Source of the DNA: a virus
Taxonomy: Duplodnaviria; Caudoviricetes
Length of the DNA: 64,000 nt
Direction: 5' to 3' (one strand)
IMG/VR virus record: IMGVR_UViG_3300031994_000053
Location: 25,879-89,878 of that record
The position numbers and the translations under genes were made by a program. Position 1 is the first letter of the stretch; each line of letters starts with the position of its first letter. Shown piece after piece: positions 1 to 8,621 of this stretch. The notes beneath the pieces were generated by a model, which worked only from the letters and a program-made list of their open reading frames with translations, was not told the origin of the DNA and ran no database searches.

Positions 1-1
1 G

Positions 2-343
2 ACCCTTGCCGGCCAGGACGCTAACATCTGGGCCGGCAGGCTCCCCGACACGGTGGGCTACGCCGTCCGCGACGCGCGCGGCGAAGTCCTTTGCGTCGAC
101 GACGGCCCGTGCTGGCGCCCCATGGGGCATCCGGCGGTCAAGGCCCGCACGATATGGGCGGCCACCGCGAGGGAAGCCGCCCTGGCGGCCGACTATGCGG
201 CGGACAGGATGACGCACAAATTCTTCCGGCGGGCCAGGTCCGACCTGTCCGTCTGGAGGGTGACGAGGCTCAACAGGAAAGGCGAATGCCACATGGAGCG
301 GATCATCGAACCAGACGACTTGGAGGTGGTAAATGGCCAGTAG
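2..343 (+). CDS. Hypothetical protein, 5'-truncated by the window; paralog of ORF 1337-1750
   Basis: Frame is open from base 2 (TLAGQDANIWAGRLPDTVGYAVRD...). Shares GRxPDxV..Y..RD..G..LC...CW...WA...EA...FFR...LxVW with ORF 1337-1750. Confidence 0.65.
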   Translation, partial: TLAGQDANIWAGRLPDTVGYAVRDARGEVLCVDDGPCWRPMGHPAVKARTIWAATAREAALAADYAADRMTHKFFRRARSDLSVWRVTRLNRKGECHMERIIEPDDLEVVNGQ

Positions 344-731
344 GACGATGCGCCTCCTGCGGGAGGACTCGAAGGACGAATGGGCCTGGCATCCGCGTCC
401 GTACCACATGACGCACCCGCCGGATTTCTATGTCTCCGGCGAGTGTCTGAAGCGGCCGCTCTATGCGGTCCATGCGCTGTTCAGGACCGCGGAGGGAATC
501 CTCTGGCGGTCCGTGCACGGACGTGGAATCCCGCCCGGCGTGGCGGTGCTCGCGGCGAGGTTCTTCGGAACGGCGCAGTCTCTTGTGGACTTCGTGCTCG
601 CCGCGCACCTCTGGACGAAACGCCCGGAGGAAATGAGGGAGAGGCTGCGGGCCAGGATGGCCCCGGCTCTTGAGGAATTTGGCGAACTGATGCGGGCCTT
701 GCGCCCGAAGGTGAACAGCAATGGAAACTGA
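333..731 (+). CDS. Hypothetical phage protein (132 aa)
   Basis: GGAGG upstream; overlaps neighbours in a tightly packed run; GC3-biased codons. Confidence 0.6.
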   Translation: MASRTMRLLREDSKDEWAWHPRPYHMTHPPDFYVSGECLKRPLYAVHALFRTAEGILWRSVHGRGIPPGVAVLAARFFGTAQSLVDFVLAAHLWTKRPEEMRERLRARMAPALEEFGELMRALRPKVNSNGN

Positions 732-1110
732 CAGGCAAAACAATGAAAAACTCAAATCGCCCCCGGCCGGGTTTCCCGGGATCACTGCCACGATAACGGG
801 ATTCGGGGCTCTGGGCCTGCTGCTAGGTAGACCGGTCACGGCGAACGACGGGAACCCGAAGGCGATTCTTCTGGAAATGCAGGCGTCCGACGACCCCAAC
901 GTTCGCTTGTACGGCTACCGGATGGAGATCGCCCTCAACCGGGTCAGGAAGCGGTTCCCGTCATACGCCGACGCGAGGCTCGCCCACATAATAGCGGCAG
1001 GGTGCAAAGACTGCGACCACGTAGACGGAGATGGCAAGTGCGCTGACTGCCTGGGCGAATGGCTGTACAACGAACTGACCAGGGAGGAGCCGGAATGCAG
1101 TACGAAGTGA
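721..1110 (+). CDS. Hypothetical protein with C-terminal CxxC...CxxC putative Zn site (129 aa)
   Basis: CKDCDHVDGDGKCADC; packed between neighbours. Confidence 0.6.
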   Translation: METDRQNNEKLKSPPAGFPGITATITGFGALGLLLGRPVTANDGNPKAILLEMQASDDPNVRLYGYRMEIALNRVRKRFPSYADARLAHIIAAGCKDCDHVDGDGKCADCLGEWLYNELTREEPECSTK

Positions 1111-1340
1111 CGTCCGTATACGAGTTGACGCCACAGTTCGAACGCCGCAAATCCTTTTACGGAAAAGCGACTGTCCGTCTGGCCGATAACCGGACGAAGA
1201 CACTGTACTCGTACGGCACGCCGGTTGTCGAACTCGACCTGAAGCGGCGCGAGCTAAACTACTATCCCGGCGTGCGCATGAGCCAGACCACCCGGAGGCA
1301 TCTCCGGGAGTTCCTCAGGCAGGAGGGAGTCGACGAATGA
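1095..1340 (+). CDS. Conserved small phage protein (YELxP..RKSFYGKA..LYSYxT..SxTTxRHLxEFLxQ type)
   Basis: ATG 1095 preceded by GGAGG; motif pattern recognised from many gut-phage hypothetical proteins. Confidence 0.7.
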   Translation: MQYEVTSVYELTPQFERRKSFYGKATVRLADNRTKTLYSYGTPVVELDLKRRELNYYPGVRMSQTTRRHLREFLRQEGVDE

Positions 1341-1750
1341 GAAACTTCCCCGAAGCCGGACTTTTCAGCTTTATGGCGGAAAAGCTCCGGAGAGACGGAC
1401 TGACAGTGCAGAACGGCCGCATCCCCGACGGTGTGGCCGTCTACATTATCCGCGACAGCCTTGGCAACGCGCTGTGCGAGGAGCACGGGCGGCTGTGCTG
1501 GAAGCGGTGGGACACCATCGATTCCCGCAACCGCGCGGTATGGGCCGGGTCCCCGGCCGAGGCGTTCACCATAGGCTGCTTCCTGGCGCACGAACTCGGC
1601 CGCGGGTTCTTCCGCAAGCGCGCCGGCTCGCTTGGCGTGTGGAAGTTCGGGATGCAGGGCCCGATCTCCATCTGGAGTACGTCGGCCCTGTCCCGGATTC
1701 CGCTGCATATTGACGAAGAACTTGACAAATCGCCGCGTGCGGAAGTATAA
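1337..1750 (+). CDS. Hypothetical protein (137 aa), paralog of ORF 2-343
   Basis: ATGA overlap with the previous stop; GGGAG RBS; shared motifs with the first ORF. Confidence 0.7.
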   Translation: MRNFPEAGLFSFMAEKLRRDGLTVQNGRIPDGVAVYIIRDSLGNALCEEHGRLCWKRWDTIDSRNRAVWAGSPAEAFTIGCFLAHELGRGFFRKRAGSLGVWKFGMQGPISIWSTSALSRIPLHIDEELDKSPRAEV

Positions 1751-1751
1751 T
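1722..1751 (+). promoter_or_regulatory. Sigma70-type promoter for the replication genes
   Basis: TTGACA (1722-1727), 18 bp, TATAAT (1746-1751); ACAGGAG RBS and ATG 1786 downstream. Confidence 0.85.
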
Positions 1752-1785
1752 TGTTCTTCCATTCTTTCAAACGACAGGAGTCAAC

Positions 1786-3924
1786 ATGTTGACAAATCTG
1801 AAGGACGACGCCGCCGTCGCCATAGACTACGAGACCTTCTACGACAGCAAGGCGGGCTATTCGCTGTCGTGCATGACGCCGCACGCATACGTGCACGATC
1901 CAAGATTCGAACCGTACCTCGTGTCGATCTGCGGTTGGGAGATAATGGACGACGGGCTCTTCCACCCGGAATGGGAAGAAGGCCAGACCGTTACCAAATG
2001 GGGCAACGAAGGCGGCTCCATCGTGCGCAAGCTGCCGGATGGCCGGCAGCTCTACGTGGGCCGCCCGGAGAAGTTCCCCTGCTGGGACAATCTGAATGGT
2101 CGAATCCTGCTCGCGCACAACGCGGGTTTCGACCAGGTTGTCACCGACCGCTGCGTCGAACTCGGGCTCATCCCCGGGCTTAGTGGCTGCCAGTGGCAGG
2201 ACACGGCCGACCTGACCGCGTACCTCATGGTGTCGCGCAGCCTGAAGGACGCGATGAAGTACCTCTTTGGCAAGGAGATTTCGAAGGCCGTCCGCGCCGG
2301 CATGGACGGGCGGCACGACTTCGAGCTCGGCGCGAAGGAGATGCGCGATCTCGTGGAATACGGCGGGGACGACGCCGTCGAGTGCCACGACATCTGGCTG
2401 AACTTCGCGGACAGGTGGCCCGAAATCGAGCGCAAGATCTCGTGCCAGAACCGCGACGCGATCCGCCGTGGCTTCCGCATCGACCGCGCCTACGCCGAGA
2501 AGGCGCTGAAGTGCCTGAAATCCGTCCAGGCCGAGGCGCTCGCCGGAATCCCGTGGGTGACGCAGATCAACCCGAAGACGAAGACGTTCTACGCGGCGGG
2601 CTCCCTGCCCGCCCTGCGCCAGGCCGTCCTCGACCTCGGGATCGAGCCGCCCAAGTCGTTCAAGAAGGACGACCCCGGGTTCCTCGACTGGCTCAAGGAC
2701 CACGACGACATCGACTTCATCAAGGCCCGGACGAAATACGCGGGGACGGTGCAGCACGTCGCCCGCATCGAGACGCTTGTGAAGTCCGCCGACGAGAACG
2801 ACCTGGTGCGCCCGGGCCTGATCTACTTCGGCGCGGCGACCGGGCGCTTCGCGGCCGGGCTTTCCGACGACTCGGGCGGCAAGAACGTGAACATGCTCAA
2901 CCTCCCCCGGAGCGCCCTGTTCAAGGGTGACCCGAGAATTCTCGACGGCAAGGGCATCGATCTCCGGGGAATGTACATTCCGCGCGAGGGCTACAAATAC
3001 GTCATCTTCGACTACTCGCAGATCGAGGCGCGCTTCGCCCTGTGGCTGGTCGACGACACGCACATGATGGAGGCGCTCGCCCGCGAGGGCAACCTGTACC
3101 AGGCGAACGCCGTGGCGATGGGCTGGTGCAAGTCCGGCGCAAGCCTCAAGCACGACGACCCGGACCTCTACCGTCTGGCGAAGTGCTGCGTGCTCGGCCT
3201 TGGCTACGGCATGGGCGCGGCCAAGTTCGTGGACTCCTGCAAGTCGCAGGGCCTCGACTTCCCGTCGATCCCGAAGGCCGAGTGGCCCGAGCTCGACAGG
3301 CGGCTGCTCTTCATCATCCGCAACACCGGCAAGGTGCGCGACCCCTTCGACCCGAAGAACGAGCACTATGTCGGGCAGCTTCTCCGCTCGGACCAGATCG
3401 TCCGCGACTGGCGCCGCGCCAACGCGGCCATAGTCCAGAGGTGGCGCAGCTACGCCGACGCCTTCCAGGCGCGGGCGATGGCAAACGCCAGGACCGTCAG
3501 TTTCCGGCTCCCCAGCGGGCGCGTCAAGACCTACTGGAACCCGGAAATGGTCAAGGAGCTGACGACCGAGATCGGCGAGGACGGCAAGGAGCACCCGTCG
3601 TACCGCATAGCCATGCGGGCGACCGTCGTGCGCGGCAAGCCGCCGAAGTTCCTCACGGGCGGAAACCTCATGGAGAACATCGTCCAGGCCACGTGCCGGG
3701 ACATCATGACCTACGGGGCCGTCGAAATCGAGGAGAGGCACCCGTCGTGGAAGTTCTGCTGGAGCTGCTACGACGAGGTCATCTTCGAGGTCCCGGAGGC
3801 CGAGGTCGGGACGGCGCTTGTGGAGATGCCCCGCATCATGACGGAAGGCGACTACATCAAGGACTGGACGCGGGGCCTTCCGCTCGAAGTGGAGGGCGGC
3901 GCGTTCGACAAGTACTGCAAGTAA
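1786..3924 (+). CDS. polA: Family A DNA polymerase with N-terminal 3'-5' exonuclease
   Basis: ExoI DYETF, ExoII AHNAGFD, ExoIII YGGDD; ATGRFA; motif A DYSQIEAR; motif B RLAKCCVLGLGYG; motif C CYDE. Confidence 0.95.
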   Translation: MLTNLKDDAAVAIDYETFYDSKAGYSLSCMTPHAYVHDPRFEPYLVSICGWEIMDDGLFHPEWEEGQTVTKWGNEGGSIVRKLPDGRQLYVGRPEKFPCWDNLNGRILLAHNAGFDQVVTDRCVELGLIPGLSGCQWQDTADLTAYLMVSRSLKDAMKYLFGKEISKAVRAGMDGRHDFELGAKEMRDLVEYGGDDAVECHDIWLNFADRWPEIERKISCQNRDAIRRGFRIDRAYAEKALKCLKSVQAEALAGIPWVTQINPKTKTFYAAGSLPALRQAVLDLGIEPPKSFKKDDPGFLDWLKDHDDIDFIKARTKYAGTVQHVARIETLVKSADENDLVRPGLIYFGAATGRFAAGLSDDSGGKNVNMLNLPRSALFKGDPRILDGKGIDLRGMYIPREGYKYVIFDYSQIEARFALWLVDDTHMMEALAREGNLYQANAVAMGWCKSGASLKHDDPDLYRLAKCCVLGLGYGMGAAKFVDSCKSQGLDFPSIPKAEWPELDRRLLFIIRNTGKVRDPFDPKNEHYVGQLLRSDQIVRDWRRANAAIVQRWRSYADAFQARAMANARTVSFRLPSGRVKTYWNPEMVKELTTEIGEDGKEHPSYRIAMRATVVRGKPPKFLTGGNLMENIVQATCRDIMTYGAVEIEERHPSWKFCWSCYDEVIFEVPEAEVGTALVEMPRIMTEGDYIKDWTRGLPLEVEGGAFDKYCK

Positions 3925-3933
3925 GGAGGACTT

Positions 3934-4413
3934 ATGCCCGTTGCTGGAATGAATGTTGATACCGGGCAAAAGACCTGGCTTACACCACCGTTCATCATCG
4001 CGGCGCTTGGCGAGTTCGATCTGGACCCCTGCTGCCCCGACGAAATGCCATGGCGGACGGCCCGGACGATGTACACCAAGAGCGTTGACGGCCTTCGCCA
4101 ATCCTGGCGGGGGCGAGTTTGGCTGAACCCCCCGTACGGAAGAGACTCCTACCCGTTTCTCGGGCGAATGGCCGCGCATGGAAACGGAATCGCCCTGCTG
4201 TTTGGTCGAACGGATACCGAAGCCTGGCACCGGTGGGTGTTTCCGTACTGTGATTCGGTCCTGTTCATGAAGGGCCGCGTTCGGTTCTGCCGACCGGACG
4301 GGACACAGGCGGACGCCGCGAACGCACCGTCATGTCTCGTGTCGTATTCGGGGAACGACACTCTTGCCCTCAGGCGCAGCGGAATCGAGGGATTCCTCAT
4401 GAGAAAGGTGTGA
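3934..4413 (+). CDS. Phage DNA N6-adenine methyltransferase (Dam-phage family)
   Basis: WLTPP, FDLDPC, DGLxQxW, VWLNPPYG catalytic motif, GRVRF. Confidence 0.9.
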   Translation: MPVAGMNVDTGQKTWLTPPFIIAALGEFDLDPCCPDEMPWRTARTMYTKSVDGLRQSWRGRVWLNPPYGRDSYPFLGRMAAHGNGIALLFGRTDTEAWHRWVFPYCDSVLFMKGRVRFCRPDGTQADAANAPSCLVSYSGNDTLALRRSGIEGFLMRKV

Positions 4414-4417
4414 CACC

Positions 4418-6739
4418 ATGTTCTTTAGCCAAGCCAACTTGGTCGACGACCATGTCGTCCCCTTGCCCGAGCCCTGGAAGGTCCGCGTCCCGCAGGAGAT
4501 CCTCGACATCCCGAAGGACGACTACAAGGCCCGCTGGCGCAACCCGGCTGTAAAGCACTGGCTGCTCAGCCTGGCCGAGGGCCGCAGCGAGTCCTTCGCC
4601 GTGACCAATTCGAACCAGGCGGCCGCGCTCCACGGTTTCTTCGCGGACTACGACGGCGTCTTCACGCAGGACATGATCGACATCATGGCCCGAAAGAAGA
4701 CGAAGTACCCGCCGGCGTGGTGGTGCCTCAGCCAGTCGCGCCAGCTCCACCTCGTGTGGCTGTTCGAGCGCCCCATCGCGGTCACGGGCAACGTGCACGC
4801 CTGCGACCTCCTGCACGTCGTGGCCATGAAGGTCAAGGCCCCGCACTGGGGCGTCGGCTACGACCCCGACTCCGAGAAGGTCACGCAGGTCATGGACATC
4901 GGACGCGAGTGGCACCCGTTCAGGGAGGACGCCCGCATCCCGTCCGCCGATCTCGTGCAGTGGGACGTGGCGCTCTTCGAAAAGGCCGCGAAGCAGTACT
5001 CGGACGACGCGATGAAGATACCCTTCGAGGACATCGTGCCGAAGATCCGGGAGCTCTACCCGGACGCGCCGGCCGATTTCCGCGAGGGGACGAGGTGCCG
5101 CCGCTTCTGGGACGCCTCGGCCGACAATCCGACGGCGTGCCTCGTGCGCCCGGAGGGCATCGTGGTCTTCACCCCGCACGACGGCGGGTTCAAGTCGTGG
5201 CCGTCCCTGCTCGGCAGGGACTTCTGCGAGCACTATTCCGCCGTGTCGATGGCCCCGTTCTACGAAGACACCTACTACGTCGCGGACCGCGACGCCTACG
5301 TGCGCTTCATGCGGAACGAGAACCCGCAGCGGTTCATCGCCCGGAACGAGAAGGTCCTGCGGAGGGACATCGTGGCCGCGACCGGAATGTCCACGAAACC
5401 GCCGAAGGACGGCGGCCTGAGCAAAATCGACGAGGCGCTCCACGTCATCAACGAGCGCAACGGCGTGGACGGCGCGGTGCCGGTCATCTACCGTCCGGCG
5501 GGAAGGCTCGCCCTCCCCAACGGGACCACGGTGCTGAACACGTCGCTCGTCACGGTGCTGAAGCCGGCGGGGCCCTTCGAGCTGCCGCCCGCGGACGTCG
5601 TGTACGGCGCCGACGTACCGAACCGGTTCAGGGCGGAACCCGACGCCTGCGAATGGGACAACCCGTTCGTCGTGTCGAAGTTCCCGCACATCCACCAGTT
5701 CCTTACGACGCTGTTCCTCCCGACGGAGAGCGCCCGCCGCGGCTGGGAGGCCGCGGGGTACCGGCCCTTCGGCCCGGATGCGAAGCTGTCATATGCGGCG
5801 GAGACCTACGAGCAGCTCACGAGGTTCCTCTCGTGGCTCTCGCACTGGTACCGCAACGCGGCCAGGATGTCGCAGACCCCGCACCCGGGGCAGGCCCTGT
5901 TCATCGCCGGCGACGCGAGCATCGGGAAGTCGTTCCTCGCCCGCGTGCTCGTCTCCGGCCTGATGGGCGGCTGCGCCGAGGCCCCGGACTTCTACATCAA
6001 CGGGGCGAGGTTCAACAGCGAGCTGCTCGCGGCCCCGCTGCACATCATCGACGACCGGCTCGGGTCGATAGACTTCCGCCACCGGATGCAGTTCTCGGAA
6101 TGCGTGAAGATCGTCGTCGCGAACGCCGGCCTCCGCTACGAGCGCAAGTTCGGGGACGCGATCGGCTTCGTGCCGTGGGCCGGCCGCCTGATGGTGATGC
6201 TGAACCGCGACCCGCAGTCCATGAGCGTGCTTCCCGACCTCGAGGTCTCGACGGCGGACAAGTTCATGATGCTGCGGTGCGGGACGGCGAGGTTCCCGTT
6301 CGGGCTGCCCGAGCAGAATGCGGCGTGGGTGCGGGAGGAACTCCCGTTCTTCGCCAGGTTCCTCCTCGGCTACAGCATCCCGGAGGAAATGCGGGACGTC
6401 CGGTTCGGCGTCTCCGCGTGGCAGCATCCCGAGATGCGCCAGGCGTCCACCGAGAACGGCCTCACGATCGAGGTCGTCGAATCCCTCGTCGACTACTTCG
6501 CGTTCCTCCGCCAGTCCGGCGAGAAGAACGAGACGGTTGCGTTCAGGGGGACGGTCGGGCAGCTCTACAGCGCCCTCGCCACGCACAGCGACACGTTCCG
6601 CGCGAACGTCAAGAGCTCAAAGGCCCTGCGCCAGCAGCTCCAGATACTCGTGCGGTCGCCGCTGTACAGCCTCTCCGAGGACGACTCGTTCACGCCTTCG
6701 GTGTGGTCCATACCGTACGACTTCGTCCGCAGGGACTGA
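4418..6739 (+). CDS. Primase-helicase (AEP-like N-terminus plus SF3/DUF5906-type helicase)
   Basis: ADYD and SQSRQLHLVW primase-like motifs; Walker A GDASIGKS; Walker B HIIDD; ERKF; adjacent to polA. Confidence 0.8.
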   Translation: MFFSQANLVDDHVVPLPEPWKVRVPQEILDIPKDDYKARWRNPAVKHWLLSLAEGRSESFAVTNSNQAAALHGFFADYDGVFTQDMIDIMARKKTKYPPAWWCLSQSRQLHLVWLFERPIAVTGNVHACDLLHVVAMKVKAPHWGVGYDPDSEKVTQVMDIGREWHPFREDARIPSADLVQWDVALFEKAAKQYSDDAMKIPFEDIVPKIRELYPDAPADFREGTRCRRFWDASADNPTACLVRPEGIVVFTPHDGGFKSWPSLLGRDFCEHYSAVSMAPFYEDTYYVADRDAYVRFMRNENPQRFIARNEKVLRRDIVAATGMSTKPPKDGGLSKIDEALHVINERNGVDGAVPVIYRPAGRLALPNGTTVLNTSLVTVLKPAGPFELPPADVVYGADVPNRFRAEPDACEWDNPFVVSKFPHIHQFLTTLFLPTESARRGWEAAGYRPFGPDAKLSYAAETYEQLTRFLSWLSHWYRNAARMSQTPHPGQALFIAGDASIGKSFLARVLVSGLMGGCAEAPDFYINGARFNSELLAAPLHIIDDRLGSIDFRHRMQFSECVKIVVANAGLRYERKFGDAIGFVPWAGRLMVMLNRDPQSMSVLPDLEVSTADKFMMLRCGTARFPFGLPEQNAAWVREELPFFARFLLGYSIPEEMRDVRFGVSAWQHPEMRQASTENGLTIEVVESLVDYFAFLRQSGEKNETVAFRGTVGQLYSALATHSDTFRANVKSSKALRQQLQILVRSPLYSLSEDDSFTPSVWSIPYDFVRRD

Positions 6740-6745
6740 AGCCGG

Positions 6746-6786
6746 AACCCCTCTTCCGCGAAAGCGGGGAGGGGTTTTTATTTTTT
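6746..6786 (+). terminator. Intrinsic terminator after the primase-helicase
   Basis: AACCCCTCTTCCGC-GAAA-GCGGGGAGGGGTT stem followed by TTTATTTTTT. Confidence 0.85.
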
Positions 6787-6790
6787 CCGC

Positions 6791-6819
6791 TTGACGCCGT
6801 GCACGGACAGGTATATAAT
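6791..6819 (+). promoter_or_regulatory. Sigma70-type promoter, probably giving a leaderless mRNA
   Basis: TTGACG, 17 bp, TATAAT; ATG 6826 lies 6 nt after the -10 with no SD. Confidence 0.85.
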
Positions 6820-6825
6820 ATTTGC

Positions 6826-7488
6826 ATGAATTTTTCGAGGACATTTGAAAGTGCCCCGCTTCCGGGGGTCGACAGGGAGGACGCCCCCCGCGCCGTCGTT
6901 GGTTGCGACCCCGGCCCGGAGTTCTGCGCGTTCGCCCTCGTCCTGCGCGACGGCGCCGCCCTCCGTCTCGCCGAGACCCGTTACGTACCTGTCGGCGACC
7001 TGATCGATTCAATGGTCCGCGGGTCTGTTCGCAACTCCTGGCTTGACGCCCGCCGATCCTTCACGAGCGTCAAAGCCGACGCGCCTTTCGTTTTCGCCTT
7101 CGAGAAGATGTCCACGCGCTACGGGGCCGTTCCCGGCGCGACCACGTTCGACACGTGCCGCAATTCCGGAATATGCCAGGTCCACGCGACGCTGGCCGGC
7201 GCGAAGCGGGTGTACAGCCTGTCGGCGTCCGACTGGCGCGTCGCGTTCGGCGGCTCGCCGGGCATGAAGGATTCCGAGACGCGGGCCGAGATCATCAGCC
7301 TCTTCGGCGAGGACGCGGACAGGGAAATCCAGCGCGTCTCGAAGGCCGCAAAGACGCGGCACTCGCTCGACAAGCCCGTCTCGGGGCACATGCGCGACGC
7401 CGTGGGCGTCGCCGCCGGGGTTTATTTTTTGCCGCGCCGCGGAGTTTCGATAGACTCGCGGCTGGTGTGGAGGGCCGTCGATGCCTAG
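6826..7488 (+). CDS. RuvC-like Holliday junction resolvase (220 aa)
   Basis: VVGCDPG, FAFEKM, SASDW..FGG, HMRDAVGVA acidic catalytic pattern. Real start is ATG 6826, not the track's 4717. Confidence 0.8.
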   Translation: MNFSRTFESAPLPGVDREDAPRAVVGCDPGPEFCAFALVLRDGAALRLAETRYVPVGDLIDSMVRGSVRNSWLDARRSFTSVKADAPFVFAFEKMSTRYGAVPGATTFDTCRNSGICQVHATLAGAKRVYSLSASDWRVAFGGSPGMKDSETRAEIISLFGEDADREIQRVSKAAKTRHSLDKPVSGHMRDAVGVAAGVYFLPRRGVSIDSRLVWRAVDA

Positions 7489-8158
7489 CAACGAAATGCT
7501 CACGGACGACGGCTTCCCGATCGGCGAGATCGTGGTGTCCAGCAAGCCGGTGAAGCGGATCGAGCCCGAGACGGAGGACCGCGAGGCGCTGGTTCGCGAG
7601 GAGCTTCTCGAGCTGGCGGCGGCCAGCGACGCGGACCAGGCGCTCGCCGAGCTGTACGACGGCTACCTCGACCAGCAGAAGCGCAGGAAGGCGCTCCGGC
7701 TCTACCTCGTCGAGCGCAAGTCGTTCGACGAGATCGCCAAGGCCGTGGGCGTCCCGCCCCGCACGGTCTCGATGTGGTCGTACAACGGCAAGTGGGACAC
7801 CGCCCTGCGGCGTGAAATACGCGTCGAGCAGGAGCACAGCCTGCTACAGCTGACGAGCATGAGGACGAAGCGCCGCGCCGACGCGGCGAAGGAGCAGCTC
7901 GACGCCGCGAAGGAAGTCCGCGAGACGGCGCTCGGCCAGCTCCGCGAGGGCAACGTGTCCGTCAAGTCCGCGGCCGAGGCGATCAAGTCCGCCGCCGACA
8001 CGGAGGCCCGCATTCTCGGCATTTCCGAATCCGGCGCGTTCGACCGTGGCGAGAAATCCGAGGACGAGAAGGCGAAGGGGGGCGGGAAGACTCCGCTCGT
8101 GCAGATTTTCCAAGGCGGGCTTCCGCCCATCAGGGTCGTGAAGGACGGTGCGCAATGA
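7481..8158 (+). CDS. HTH protein, probable terminase small subunit
   Basis: KSFDEIAKAVGVPPRTVSMWSYNGKWD helix-turn-helix, then helical oligomerisation-like region and a short C-terminal strand. Confidence 0.55.
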   Translation: MPSNEMLTDDGFPIGEIVVSSKPVKRIEPETEDREALVREELLELAAASDADQALAELYDGYLDQQKRRKALRLYLVERKSFDEIAKAVGVPPRTVSMWSYNGKWDTALRREIRVEQEHSLLQLTSMRTKRRADAAKEQLDAAKEVRETALGQLREGNVSVKSAAEAIKSAADTEARILGISESGAFDRGEKSEDEKAKGGGKTPLVQIFQGGLPPIRVVKDGAQ

Positions 8159-8382
8159 CGGAAGACATGGATGCAGTCGCCAAGGCGAAGGTCAAGTCGT
8201 GGCTCGAGTCGTTCAGGCCGGCGGACGGCTGCGCGGCGTGCGCCGTGCCGGAACCGGCGCCCGCGCCGGCGAGGCCGAAGGTCGACCTCTACGTCGCGGA
8301 CGGTTCGGGGATGTATGGCGCGGCGGACCGTCCCGTGCCCGGCATAGACATTCTCGTCGACGAACCGGAGGGGTCGCGATGA
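8155..8382 (+). CDS. Hypothetical protein (75 aa)
   Basis: ATGA overlaps at both ends; GC3 bias. Confidence 0.6.
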   Translation: MTEDMDAVAKAKVKSWLESFRPADGCAACAVPEPAPAPARPKVDLYVADGSGMYGAADRPVPGIDILVDEPEGSR

Positions 8383-8621
8383 CCGAGGAGATGGAGGAGA
8401 TAACCGGCTTGTCCGGCGAGTCCGAAGATACCGTCCGCAGGGTTTTGCGGGCCATGGCCATGACGGTGTGCGGGCGCGACCGGACGGAGCTTCGCGGGTT
8501 CGGCGTCTTCACGTGGCGCCCGTTCCGGGGGAGGACCCCGGAGGGCAGGAAGTTTTCGGTGATGAGGCTTTGGTTCAGGACCGGCAGCATGAGGAGAGAG
8601 GACAATGTACGAAATCCATGA
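8379..8621 (+). CDS. HU/IHF-like DNA-binding protein (80 aa)
   Basis: Two N-terminal helices, then TELRGFGVF (HU signature) and arm RxGRTP..G..F; ATG 8379 with GGAGG. Confidence 0.7.
   Translation: MTEEMEEITGLSGESEDTVRRVLRAMAMTVCGRDRTELRGFGVFTWRPFRGRTPEGRKFSVMRLWFRTGSMRREDNVRNP

Noticed and set aside
1441-4230. 929-aa minus-strand ORF, and similar long ORFs at 11471-13498, 16313-18586, 28619-32986, 40618-43716, 44045-45859, 54199-57030 and 56861-59008
   Set aside because: Antisense or off-frame shadows of real genes with strong GC3 bias; no motifs, no RBS, Arg/Gly/Pro-rich composition.
1786-4413. Modified-base (dZ, dU, 7-deazaguanine) replication system
   Set aside because: No PurZ, dUTPase, Que/Dpd or similar genes in the window; only an ordinary adenine methyltransferase.
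4717-6825. N-terminal 700 aa of the track's 923-aa ORF 4717-7488
   Set aside because: Off-frame overlap with the primase-helicase that runs through a terminator and promoter; only 6826-7488 is protein-like.
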